A program made the position numbers and the translations under genes. Below are positions 26,903 to 35,620 of a DNA stretch of 64,000 nucleotides, piece after piece. Position 1 is the stretch's first letter. Every line of letters begins with the position of its first letter. Source of the stretch: an uncultured Alphaproteobacteria bacterium (GTDB taxonomy: Bacteria; Pseudomonadota; Alphaproteobacteria; HIMB59; GCA-002718135); the NCBI GenBank assembly GCA_902577425.1, contig CACGZD010000001.1, positions 401,513 through 465,512 of the forward strand. The letters are read 5' to 3'. Under the pieces are notes generated by a model. That model was not told where the DNA came from. It made no database searches and was given only the letters and a program-made list of their open reading frames with translations.

Positions 26903-28770
26903 TATCTATAGTAGGATTTACTAATTTATTATTATCTTTTTTAATCGGATTAATAATTTTTTTTTCATATTTTTTTAATAACAAAAATACAATAAGTAGA
27001 ACTTATTATAATTTGGTTTTTTTTAAGTTTTTTTTTATTATAGTTTCTTTTTTAACACTTATATATGCTTACATAGTTTCTGATTTTTCAAATCAAAATG
27101 TTTTTGAAAACTCTCATTCTGATAAACCAATTTTATATAAAATTAGTGGAGCATGGGGAAATCATGAGGGCTCAATGCTTTTATGGTTGCTTATTATGTC
27201 AAGCTATACCTTGTTTTTTACACTTAATAAAAATTTGACGGATAATATTAAAAAATTAACCATAACTTTTCAAACTAGTCTTTTTCTTCTTTTTGCAGTG
27301 TTTGTTATTTTAACTTCCAATCCATTTTTGATAAATTCAATTAATTTTGAGGAGGGAATGGGTCTAAATCCTATTTTACAAGATCCAGCGTTAGCAGTAC
27401 ATCCTCCTATTCTTTATGTTGGCTATGTAGGTTTTTCATTAATTCTAAGTTTGGCATTGGCTGGATTGACATTTAAACAAATAGATTATGAGTGGATGAA
27501 TACTGCAAAAAAATTAACCTTGTTTTGTTGGTCAATGCTTACTGCAGGAATAGCTTTGGGGTCATATTGGGCTTATTATGAATTAGGTTGGGGAGGTTGG
27601 TGGTTTTGGGATCCTGTTGAAAATGTTTCATTGATGCCCTGGATTGCTGGTCTTGCTCTTGTTCATTCATTAATGATAACAAAAAAAGAAAAAATACTAA
27701 TTAGATGGATAGTCTTTTTATCTATATTATGCTTTTCACTAAGTATTTTTGGCACTTTTTTAGTAAGGTCAGGTATTTTAACTAGCGTGCACTCATTCGC
27801 AACTGATTCTGCTCGAGGCATATTTATTTTAATCATATTTTTAGTTTCTACTGGATTTTCTTTTATACTTTTTATTTTTAAAACTGATGATTCAGAAGAA
27901 AAACTAAAACTTTTATTTATAAATAAATCCACTGCACTAATATTTAATAATATAGTTATGATAATAGCTTGCTTAACAATATTATTAGGTACAATTTACC
28001 CGATTGTAATTGAGGTAATTACAAATAAAAGAATATCAGTTGGAGCTCCATATTTTAACTCTACTGCTCTCCCAATATTACTTCCTGGTTTTTTGCTAAT
28101 GAGTATTGCTCCAGCATTATCATGGCAGAATAATAAATTACCAAAATATAAAAGTTATATTTTTGTTTTTATAGCTCTAAGTTTATTATCTTTTATTATT
28201 GTTTATTTAAATGCTTTTAATGTTTGGGGTTTTATAGGGATTGCACTAGGTTTGATAATTATTTTTTCATCTTTGTTGTCTGTTTATTTTAATTGTATAA
28301 AATTTGGATTAAGAAATTTTATTAATCATAATAATGCGTTGTTAGCTCATATTGGAGTGGGAATATTAGTGTTAGGCATTACAACATCAAGCGTTTATAA
28401 ATCTGAATTTAGTGTAACATTTATGATAAATGAAAAAAAACAAATTAATCATTACTCTTATACATTGTTAAAATTAGAAACTAATCAAAACAGCAATTTT
28501 CAAGAATTAGTAGCTGTATTTTCGTTATATAAAGACAATAAAAAAATAGCTGAAATTAAACCAAGTAAAAGATACTATAATGTTTCAAAAATGATCACTA
28601 CTGAAGCGGGTATATATCATAGCTGGTTTCAAGATTTTTATATTATCATCGGTAATGAAAAAGATCAGATATGGTCTGTAAAAATTTACCAGAACCCTCT
28701 AGTAAGCTTAATATGGATTGGAGTTATCATAATGGTTCTGTCAGGATTATTAGGAATAAGAAGAGCGTGA
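26899..28770 (+). CDS. ccmF: Cytochrome c heme lyase subunit CcmF
   Basis: It has the WWD motif WGGWWFWDPVEN and is polytopic. The ATG at 26899 overlaps the ccmE stop as ATGA. Confidence 0.9.
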   Translation: MISIVGFTNLLLSFLIGLIIFFSYFFNNKNTISRTYYNLVFFKFFFIIVSFLTLIYAYIVSDFSNQNVFENSHSDKPILYKISGAWGNHEGSMLLWLLIMSSYTLFFTLNKNLTDNIKKLTITFQTSLFLLFAVFVILTSNPFLINSINFEEGMGLNPILQDPALAVHPPILYVGYVGFSLILSLALAGLTFKQIDYEWMNTAKKLTLFCWSMLTAGIALGSYWAYYELGWGGWWFWDPVENVSLMPWIAGLALVHSLMITKKEKILIRWIVFLSILCFSLSIFGTFLVRSGILTSVHSFATDSARGIFILIIFLVSTGFSFILFIFKTDDSEEKLKLLFINKSTALIFNNIVMIIACLTILLGTIYPIVIEVITNKRISVGAPYFNSTALPILLPGFLLMSIAPALSWQNNKLPKYKSYIFVFIALSLLSFIIVYLNAFNVWGFIGIALGLIIIFSSLLSVYFNCIKFGLRNFINHNNALLAHIGVGILVLGITTSSVYKSEFSVTFMINEKKQINHYSYTLLKLETNQNSNFQELVAVFSLYKDNKKIAEIKPSKRYYNVSKMITTEAGIYHSWFQDFYIIIGNEKDQIWSVKIYQNPLVSLIWIGVIIMVLSGLLGIRRA

Positions 28771-29294
28771 AGAGAATTATATTAATTATACCCTTTGTAT
28801 TAACTTTAATTGTTTCAGGTTTTTTATTATTTTACCTTTTACAAGACAAAGATCCTAAAAAACCTCCTAGCGCTCTTTTAAATGAAGATATTCCAAAAAT
28901 AGAAATCCCTGATTTGTTTAATGAAAAAAATTTTTTAACAAATGTTGATTTTAAAGACAAATTGATTTTAGTTAATTTTTTTGCTTCTTGGTGTGCTCCA
29001 TGTAAAGTTGAGCATCCTCTTTTTTTTAAAATCAAGGAGGATCATCCTAGCTTATTTATAATTGGAGTTGATTATAAAGATCTAAAAAATGATGCCTTAG
29101 ATTATTTAAAAAAAGATGGTAACCCTTATAATTTTGTTGGTTATGATAAACAAGGCTTAATAGGTTTAGAATTTGGAGTTTTTGGACTACCAGAAACTTT
29201 TTTAATTAATAAAAAAGGAAAAATTATTTATAAACACTTAGGCCCATTAGATAAAAAAATTATTGAAAATGATATTTATCCCTTACTTAACTGA
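28767..29294 (+). CDS. ccmG: Thiol:disulfide interchange protein CcmG/DsbE
   Basis: It has a thioredoxin WCAPC motif, a cis-Pro block GLPETF and an N-terminal anchor. The GTG at 28767 overlaps the ccmF stop as GTGA. This start is inferred. Confidence 0.8.
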   Translation: MKRIILIIPFVLTLIVSGFLLFYLLQDKDPKKPPSALLNEDIPKIEIPDLFNEKNFLTNVDFKDKLILVNFFASWCAPCKVEHPLFFKIKEDHPSLFIIGVDYKDLKNDALDYLKKDGNPYNFVGYDKQGLIGLEFGVFGLPETFLINKKGKIIYKHLGPLDKKIIENDIYPLLN

Positions 29295-29664
29295 AAATTT
29301 TCTAAAATATTTTTTATTTTTGTTGATTTGTTTTTTTATATTTCTTTTATCAGGTTCTGCTAATGCATATTCTGAAAAAGATTTAAAAAAAATTACATCA
29401 AAATTACGTTGTATGACTTGCCAAAATCAAAGCATCCATGATTCAGATGCAGATTTTTCAAAAGATATAAAAAAAATAATAGTTCAAAAGTTGGAAAACG
29501 GACATACTGAGAAAGAAATAATTAAATTTCTTGTAAAAAGATATGGGGAATACATTGTTTTTGAGCCTCAAATGAACATAAAAAATTATTTTTTATGGTT
29601 CTTTCCTTTTGTTATTTTAGCAATATCCTTGATTTTCCTAATTTTTAGAATTAAAAAAAACTAA
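29263..29664 (+). CDS. ccmH: Cytochrome c-type biogenesis protein CcmH
   Basis: 133 aa with a signal peptide, LRCMTCQNQSIHDSDA and a C-terminal TM helix. Confidence 0.85.
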   Translation: MKMIFIPYLTENFLKYFLFLLICFFIFLLSGSANAYSEKDLKKITSKLRCMTCQNQSIHDSDADFSKDIKKIIVQKLENGHTEKEIIKFLVKRYGEYIVFEPQMNIKNYFLWFFPFVILAISLIFLIFRIKKN

Positions 29665-29733
29665 GAAAAACTGACTATTTATTTCCTTTTTTATAATTTT
29701 AACTATAACGAATATATAAAAATAAAATTTTAA

Positions 29734-29757
29734 GGCCTACTTAACTTTATGTAGGTC
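29734..29757 (+). promoter_or_regulatory. 5'-leader stem-loop immediately upstream of the binding-protein RBS
   Basis: GGCCTAC (29734-29740) pairs with GTAGGTC (29751-29757) around a 10-nt loop. AGGAGG lies at 29761-29766 and the GTG start at 29771. Confidence 0.3.
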
Positions 29758-29770
29758 ATTAGGAGGAATT

Positions 29771-30601
29771 GTGAAAAAATTTATATTATCTTTAATAGCT
29801 CTTAGCGCTTTGTGTTTAACTACAGTTGCAAGTGCCAAGACAATAAGAATAGGAACAGAAGGTGCATACCCACCTTGGAATAATTTAAATTCTGCCGGCG
29901 AGCTTGAAGGTGCTGAAATTGATTTTGGTAATGAGCTATGCAAAAGAATGGGTGCTGATTGTGAATGGGTAACTCAAGATTGGGATGGTATTATCCCTGC
30001 TTTGCTTAATGGAAAGTACGACATCATCATTGCTGGTATGTCAATTACTGAAGAAAGAAAAGAAAAAGTAAACTTTACTACAGGGTATATGACTGACCCT
30101 GCAAGTTTTGCTGTCTTAAAAGGTAGTGGATTAGAAAATTTGTCAGTTGGATCTGAAAAAGTAAATTTAAATAATGCAGGTGGAAAAGAACAAGCAGCTA
30201 TAGGTCAATTAATTGCTGCAATGAATGGTAAAACTGTTTGTGTTCAATCTTCTACAATTCATCAAAACTTTTTAGAAAAACATATGGCAGGGGCTGTAGA
30301 CGTAAGACTTTACCAAGCAGTTGATGATCATAATCTTGATTTAGCTGCAGGACGATGTGATGCAATACTTGCTGATGTTGGATCTTTAATTGATTTTATG
30401 GATTCAGATGGTGGCGTTGATGTAGTTTTAACGGGACCAAAGTTCTCTGGAGGAGTTTTTGGAGATGGTGTTGGTGGAGCTGTTAGAAAAGAAGACACTG
30501 ATATTTTAGAAATGTTTAATAAAGCAATAGCTGAAATGAGTGCTGATGGTACTACCGCAGAAATCACTAAACAGTGGTTTGGTAGAGATATTTCTATGTA
30601 A
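29771..30601 (+). CDS. Periplasmic amino-acid/opine-type ABC transporter substrate-binding protein (SBP_bac_3)
   Basis: 276 aa with a signal peptide. IRIGTEGAYPPWN...GAEIDFGNELCKRMG...WDGIIPALLNGKYDIIIAGMSIT is typical of LAO/His/octopine binders. No permease or ATPase gene is adjacent. Confidence 0.85.
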   Translation: MKKFILSLIALSALCLTTVASAKTIRIGTEGAYPPWNNLNSAGELEGAEIDFGNELCKRMGADCEWVTQDWDGIIPALLNGKYDIIIAGMSITEERKEKVNFTTGYMTDPASFAVLKGSGLENLSVGSEKVNLNNAGGKEQAAIGQLIAAMNGKTVCVQSSTIHQNFLEKHMAGAVDVRLYQAVDDHNLDLAAGRCDAILADVGSLIDFMDSDGGVDVVLTGPKFSGGVFGDGVGGAVRKEDTDILEMFNKAIAEMSADGTTAEITKQWFGRDISM

Positions 30602-30618
30602 TTTAATTGTTTTTGTTT

Positions 30619-30647
30619 AAAAAAAGCGGCTTAAGCCGCTTTTTTTA
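30619..30647 (+). terminator. Rho-independent terminator
   Basis: AAAAAGCGGC-TTAA-GCCGCTTTTTTT. The A-run and T-run flanks could let it work in both directions. Confidence 0.7.
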
Positions 30648-30692
30648 TTTAATTTATAATATAAAAAAAAATTAATACGAAATGCGAAATAC

Positions 30693-30977
30693 ATGAATTC
30701 ATTATTAGGGCTTATTATTCAAATAATTAACTTATACCAATTTATTCTATTAATTTATATTATAATGACTTGGTTAATCAGTTTTAATATTATTAATACT
30801 TCCAATCGATTTATATTTGGTATGATGAATACCCTTTATCGCTTATGTGAACCTAGTTTAAGACTTGTCAGACAATATTTACCAAATTTAGGTGCTATAG
30901 ATATTTCACCAGTAATTGTTTATTTATTGTTATGGTTTATTAAAAGTTTATTAATTGAATATTGGCCGAGGTATTAA
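30693..30977 (+). CDS. YggT family membrane protein
   Basis: 94 aa with two TM helices and a central conserved loop (LCEP...LRLVRQYLP...DISPVI). Confidence 0.7.
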   Translation: MNSLLGLIIQIINLYQFILLIYIIMTWLISFNIINTSNRFIFGMMNTLYRLCEPSLRLVRQYLPNLGAIDISPVIVYLLLWFIKSLLIEYWPRY

Positions 30978-31858
30978 TGACAACAATAATAGATGGAAAA
31001 GAAATTTCCAAAAAATTAAGAGAAGATTTAAATAAAGAAATTAAAAATCTTAAAAATAAATATAACGCTGTTCCTGGACTTGCCGTTATTCAGGTAGGAA
31101 ATGTTGCAGCTAGTAGTGTGTATGTCAAAGCCAAAACAAAAAGTGCCCAAGAAGTTGGTATTGAGGTAATAGACCACCATCTTGAAGAGTCTGTATCCCA
31201 AGATGAGCTCTTAAATTTGATTGAAAAATTAAATAATCAGAAGAATGTTAATGGTATTTTGGTTCAATTACCGCTCCCAAAACATATGAATGAACAATTA
31301 ATTTTAGATTCTATTCATCCTGATAAAGACGCTGATGGTTTTCATCCACTAAATGTTGGTAAACTTTCAATTGCTTCACATAATGATGAAAATTTACTTA
31401 TTCCGTGTACTCCATATGGATGTCTTCTAATGTTAAAAGGGTTAAATATTGAACTTGCAGGCAAGAATGCAGTTGTTGTAGGAAGATCAAACATCGTTGG
31501 CAAACCCATGGCACAATTATTAATTAAAGAATCTTGTACTGTAACTGTAGCACATTCTAAAACAAATGATCTACCAAATGTCTGTAAAAATGCAGATATT
31601 ATTGTTGCTGCTGTAGGGCGTCCGAAAATGATAAAAGGTGAATGGATAAAAAAAGGAGCAATTGTTATTGATGTAGGTATTAATCGTATAGAAGTTGAAA
31701 TAGATGGGGAAAGAAAAAATAAACTTGTGGGTGATGTAGATTATAAAGAAGCTGAAAAAAGTGCTTCTGCTATTACACCTGTACCAGGAGGTGTAGGGCC
31801 TATGACAATTGCTTGCCTACTAAGAAATACAACAATTGCATTTAAAAATTCAAGGTAA
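30977..31858 (+). CDS. folD: Bifunctional methylenetetrahydrofolate dehydrogenase/cyclohydrolase
   Basis: It has [15 protein letters not shown] and [10 protein letters not shown]. The ATG at 30977 overlaps the yggT stop as TAATG. Confidence 0.95.
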   Translation: MTTIIDGKEISKKLREDLNKEIKNLKNKYNAVPGLAVIQVGNVAASSVYVKAKTKSAQEVGIEVIDHHLEESVSQDELLNLIEKLNNQKNVNGILVQLPLPKHMNEQLILDSIHPDKDADGFHPLNVGKLSIASHNDENLLIPCTPYGCLLMLKGLNIELAGKNAVVVGRSNIVGKPMAQLLIKESCTVTVAHSKTNDLPNVCKNADIIVAAVGRPKMIKGEWIKKGAIVIDVGINRIEVEIDGERKNKLVGDVDYKEAEKSASAITPVPGGVGPMTIACLLRNTTIAFKNSR

Positions 31859-33046
31859 TTATTTTCTTTTCTTTAAACGAAGTGATAAAATTTTTATAAA
31901 TCCTTCAGCATCTTTTTGATTATATTGACCTTCTTCATCAAAAGATACTAAAGAAGTATCATATAAGCTATTAGAAGATTTACGACCAGTTACTATTACA
32001 TTGCCTTTATAAATTTTTAAACGCACCTCACCAGAAACATTTACTTGAGTTTTATCAATAATTTTTTGCATAGATTCTCTCTCAGAAGAAAACCAAAGTC
32101 CATTATAAATTGTTTCTGCATATTTAGGCATGATTTCATCTTTTAAATGTGCTTCACCTCTATCTAAAGTTATGCTCTCTATTGCCCTATGAGCATGAAG
32201 AAGTATTGTCCCTCCAGGAGTTTCATAAACACCTCTAGATTTCATACCTACTAATCTATTTTCAACAATATCAATTCGTCCTACCCCGTGCTTGCCTGCT
32301 ATATTATTTAAGGAAGCAAGAATTTCATGAGCTTTCATTTTTTTGTTATTTACAGCAATAGGATCTCCATTCTCGAAAATAATATTTATTTCTTCAGGTT
32401 TATCAGGTGCATCTAATAGAGAAGTAGTACGATTATATATGTATTCTGGCGCCTCTGACCATGGATCTTCTAAAACTTTACCTTCTGATGAAGTATGTAA
32501 TAAATTAGCATCTGTACTAAAAGGGGGTTCGCCTTTTTTATCTTTAGGAATTGGTATTTGATATTTTTGAGCAAAATTAACTAATTCTTTTCTAGAATTT
32601 AAATCCCAATCTCTCCATGGTGCTATAACGATTATTGAAGGGTCATTTGCATAATACCCTAATTCAAAACGTACCTGATCATTTCCTTTGCCAGTTGCGC
32701 CATGAGCTACTGAATCTGCTTCTATTTCCTTTGCTATTTCAATTTGTCTTTTTGCTATTAAGGGTCTTGCTATAGCCGTTCCTAATAAATATGTTCCCTC
32801 ATACAAAGTATTAGCTCTAAACATAGGAAAGACATAGTTTTTTACAAATTCTTCTTGAAGATTTTCTATGAATATTTCTTTTACTCCAAGTGATTCTGCT
32901 TTTTCCCTTACAGGCTCAAGTTCATCTCCTTGTCCCAAGTCAGCAGTAAAGGTTGCTACTGGGCAATTATATTTTAATTGTAACCATTTTAATATTACAC
33001 TTGTGTCTAACCCACCCGAATATGCTAGTACTATTTTTTTTACCAC
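31859..33046 (-). CDS. argG: Argininosuccinate synthase
   Basis: 395 aa with AYSGGLDTS, and [13 protein letters not shown]. Confidence 0.95.
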   Translation of the reverse strand: MVKKIVLAYSGGLDTSVILKWLQLKYNCPVATFTADLGQGDELEPVREKAESLGVKEIFIENLQEEFVKNYVFPMFRANTLYEGTYLLGTAIARPLIAKRQIEIAKEIEADSVAHGATGKGNDQVRFELGYYANDPSIIVIAPWRDWDLNSRKELVNFAQKYQIPIPKDKKGEPPFSTDANLLHTSSEGKVLEDPWSEAPEYIYNRTTSLLDAPDKPEEINIIFENGDPIAVNNKKMKAHEILASLNNIAGKHGVGRIDIVENRLVGMKSRGVYETPGGTILLHAHRAIESITLDRGEAHLKDEIMPKYAETIYNGLWFSSERESMQKIIDKTQVNVSGEVRLKIYKGNVIVTGRKSSNSLYDTSLVSFDEEGQYNQKDAEGFIKILSLRLKKRK

Positions 33047-33047
33047 T

Positions 33048-33536
33048 TTAACAATCGTTGGTAAGCTTGTTAACTGCTGAGGTAAATCCTTTCAAAGTAT
33101 AAATATCAATAACTTTGGTGCCCTTACTTGAAATTCCAGTTGTCTCTAACTGTAATCCCTTTTTCATTGCATATATAACTTTTTTATCTTCTTTGGCCCA
33201 AGCTGTATCACCATCTGTATAAAAATTATAGTTACTAGAATCAATTTTAACTTCGACAGAGTCAGAGTCTTTATAATTAAATCCTGCAGTTATTTGAACT
33301 ATTAAATCGGGGCTTTTATGCATTCTATATACAAGTATATAATATTGTCCTCGAGTTTTACCTTCTGGAATTTTTGTTTCAATTGGAGCGCTTTGAATAA
33401 AGCAATATTCTTGCTCTTTTACAAATTCCCACTTACCTTTAATAATCTCACCAAAGATAGAGGGTGAAAAAGAAAGGATGAAAAAAGAAATTCCAAAAAA
33501 TAAACTTAATTTTTTATTCATAATACTAATTACCAT
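33048..33536 (-). CDS. Secreted hypothetical protein, possibly IalB-like
   Basis: 162 aa with a signal peptide and an all-beta pattern. The C-terminal [11 protein letters not shown] resembles the IalB-family ending. The assignment is weak. Confidence 0.35.
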   Translation of the reverse strand: MVISIMNKKLSLFFGISFFILSFSPSIFGEIIKGKWEFVKEQEYCFIQSAPIETKIPEGKTRGQYYILVYRMHKSPDLIVQITAGFNYKDSDSVEVKIDSSNYNFYTDGDTAWAKEDKKVIYAMKKGLQLETTGISSKGTKVIDIYTLKGFTSAVNKLTNDC

Positions 33537-33695
33537 AGGTTTCTATTATACCAAAAAATTAAAGGTTGGAAGGTAGTTTTAACATTTTAAGGAAATTTAA
33601 TATTATTGTAAAATTCAATTAATTTGCTAAAAAAATTTAAACTACAAAGAAAAAATTCAAAGAGACTTGCAGAGTATTTTATGGCATTATAGGTT

Positions 33696-34691
33696 ATGGC
33701 ACAAATACAGACCCACATAACTAGAGGCAATATAATTGAAAGCACTCATAAATCAAAGTGTCTTATAAAAGACTATAATTACAAAACAATCTTTTCGACA
33801 AATAATAATAAAGACCTGGTTTATCCAAGATCAGCTATCAAAATATTACAAGCCATTCCTTTTATTCAGTCTCAAGCAAAAAACAAATATAATTTAACAC
33901 AAAAACAAATAGCAATTTCTTGTTCATCCCATTGCGGTGAGGAGGAGCATATAATTGTACTAAAAGAATGGATAAAAAAAACAAAAATAAAAATAAATCA
34001 ACTAAAATGTGGTGTTCATAATCCCATAAATTTAAAATCTTCTAACAAAACATTGTTAAGTGGAATCAAACCAAATCAATTACATAATAATTGCGCTGGT
34101 AAACATTTAGGAATGATTTCAGGATGTAAAGCTAATAGCTTTAATATTTTAAATTACTTAAATATTAATCATCCATACCAAAAAAAAATAAAAAAATGTT
34201 TAGAAGACTTTACAGAATGTAAGGTTAAGAAAATTCAAAAGGGAATAGATGGTTGCAGCGCACCACAATATGCTTTTCCTATGGAAAACCTTGCGATTGC
34301 TATGATCAATATAATTAAAAGTTATGATGAGAAAAATAAATATAATAAAGAAATCAAAACTCTTTTAAAAGCTATTGAGAAATATCCTCAACTTACAGGA
34401 AGTAAAAACATATACCCATGTCAACTAATTAAAATTACTAGAGGAAAAATTTTTGCTAAAGGAGGTGCGGAGGGGGTATTATTATTCGCACATAAAGAAA
34501 AAAAAATTGGAGGAATTATTAAGGTAGAGGATGGAAATGAAAGAGCCTTGCCTTCAGTAGCAAATAATATTTTTCAAAAATTAAATTTATTAAATAAAAA
34601 AGAACTAAATGGTCTAGCTAAATGGACTAATGAAAAGATATTTAATCATGTGAAAATAAATACTGGGAAAATATATACAAAAATTTCATGA
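33696..34691 (+). CDS. Asparaginase II family protein (Rhizobium-type, PF06089-like)
   Basis: 331 aa with PRSAIKILQA, SCSSHCGEEEH, NNCAGKHLGMI, DGCSAP and GAEGV blocks. Confidence 0.75.
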   Translation: MAQIQTHITRGNIIESTHKSKCLIKDYNYKTIFSTNNNKDLVYPRSAIKILQAIPFIQSQAKNKYNLTQKQIAISCSSHCGEEEHIIVLKEWIKKTKIKINQLKCGVHNPINLKSSNKTLLSGIKPNQLHNNCAGKHLGMISGCKANSFNILNYLNINHPYQKKIKKCLEDFTECKVKKIQKGIDGCSAPQYAFPMENLAIAMINIIKSYDEKNKYNKEIKTLLKAIEKYPQLTGSKNIYPCQLIKITRGKIFAKGGAEGVLLFAHKEKKIGGIIKVEDGNERALPSVANNIFQKLNLLNKKELNGLAKWTNEKIFNHVKINTGKIYTKIS

Positions 34692-34721
34692 TAATTTTTG
34701 TAATTTTAGTAAAGTAATTTT

Positions 34722-35585
34722 GTGAACAAAATAGCAGAAAAACAAATAATTAATTATATTGCAGAAAGAGAAATAGAAGAGAGAAATATACTTTCTAGTT
34801 CATTTAATATAGTATGTGAAAAAATAACATTAAAAAACAATGTTGCTTTTGTTGCCAAATATTATCAAAATAAAAAAGATGAATTTAATGCAATTATTAG
34901 TGAAGCAAATTCGTTATCTTATTTGTCCAATATAACTTCGCTTGTCCCTAAAATTAAATTCAATTCAGATGATCTACTTATTATGGATTACATTGAAAAT
35001 AATGGCATTAGAAGTGAAAATTATCAACTTACATTGGCCAATGAAATATTAAAAATTCATAAAAATTCAAATACAAAATATGGATTTAAATTTGCTGCAC
35101 AAATCGGAGCCTTGGAACAAACAAATGAATTTACAGATAATTGGATAGTTTTTTTTAGAGATAAAAGATTAATTTCAATTTTTGAATTAATAAATAATAA
35201 TAATTCAATGCCTAATCATATAAACATCAAAATAGAAAAATTAATAAAAAATATTCATAACTATATACCAAATGCTCCTACTCCCAGGTTGCTTCATGGA
35301 GATTTGTGGTCAGGCAATATTCTTTATAATAATGGCACATTAGCAGGATTAATTGATCCGGGTATTTATTTTGGGCATAATGAATTAGAAATTGCTTATT
35401 TAACTTGGTTTAATTTTGTTAATGAAGAATTTATCAAATCTTATTCCAATATAATACCTATAGAAAAAGATTATTTTGAATATGAACCAATTTATCAGCT
35501 ATATTATTCTCTTTTAAATGTTCATCTTTGGGATAGAATATATATTAGAGATACTGAAAATTTATTAGCTAAAATCAAAATTTGA
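34722..35585 (+). CDS. Fructosamine/ketosamine-3-kinase family protein
   Basis: 287 aa with the catalytic loop LLHGDLWSGN and IDPGIYFGHNELE. Confidence 0.8.
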   Translation: MNKIAEKQIINYIAEREIEERNILSSSFNIVCEKITLKNNVAFVAKYYQNKKDEFNAIISEANSLSYLSNITSLVPKIKFNSDDLLIMDYIENNGIRSENYQLTLANEILKIHKNSNTKYGFKFAAQIGALEQTNEFTDNWIVFFRDKRLISIFELINNNNSMPNHINIKIEKLIKNIHNYIPNAPTPRLLHGDLWSGNILYNNGTLAGLIDPGIYFGHNELEIAYLTWFNFVNEEFIKSYSNIIPIEKDYFEYEPIYQLYYSLLNVHLWDRIYIRDTENLLAKIKI

Positions 35586-35620
35586 CATTATCAGCAATTA
35601 TTAGTTTATAAAGAATAAAT

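Noticed and set aside
29737-30567. Minus-strand ORFs 29737-29943 and 30328-30567 inside the binding-protein gene
   Set aside because: They are antisense shadows of a clearly motif-bearing gene. The higher G/C content there reduces stop-codon frequency on the opposite strand.
25559-30976. The upstream starts proposed by the track for ccmC (25559), ccmF (26881), ccmG (28671) and folD (30962)
   Set aside because: Each would create a long overlap with the preceding gene. Internal ATG or GTG codons give the 1-4 nt stop/start junctions (TAA-n-ATG, ATGA, GTGA, TAATG) that recur throughout this window, and they begin at the conserved N-termini.
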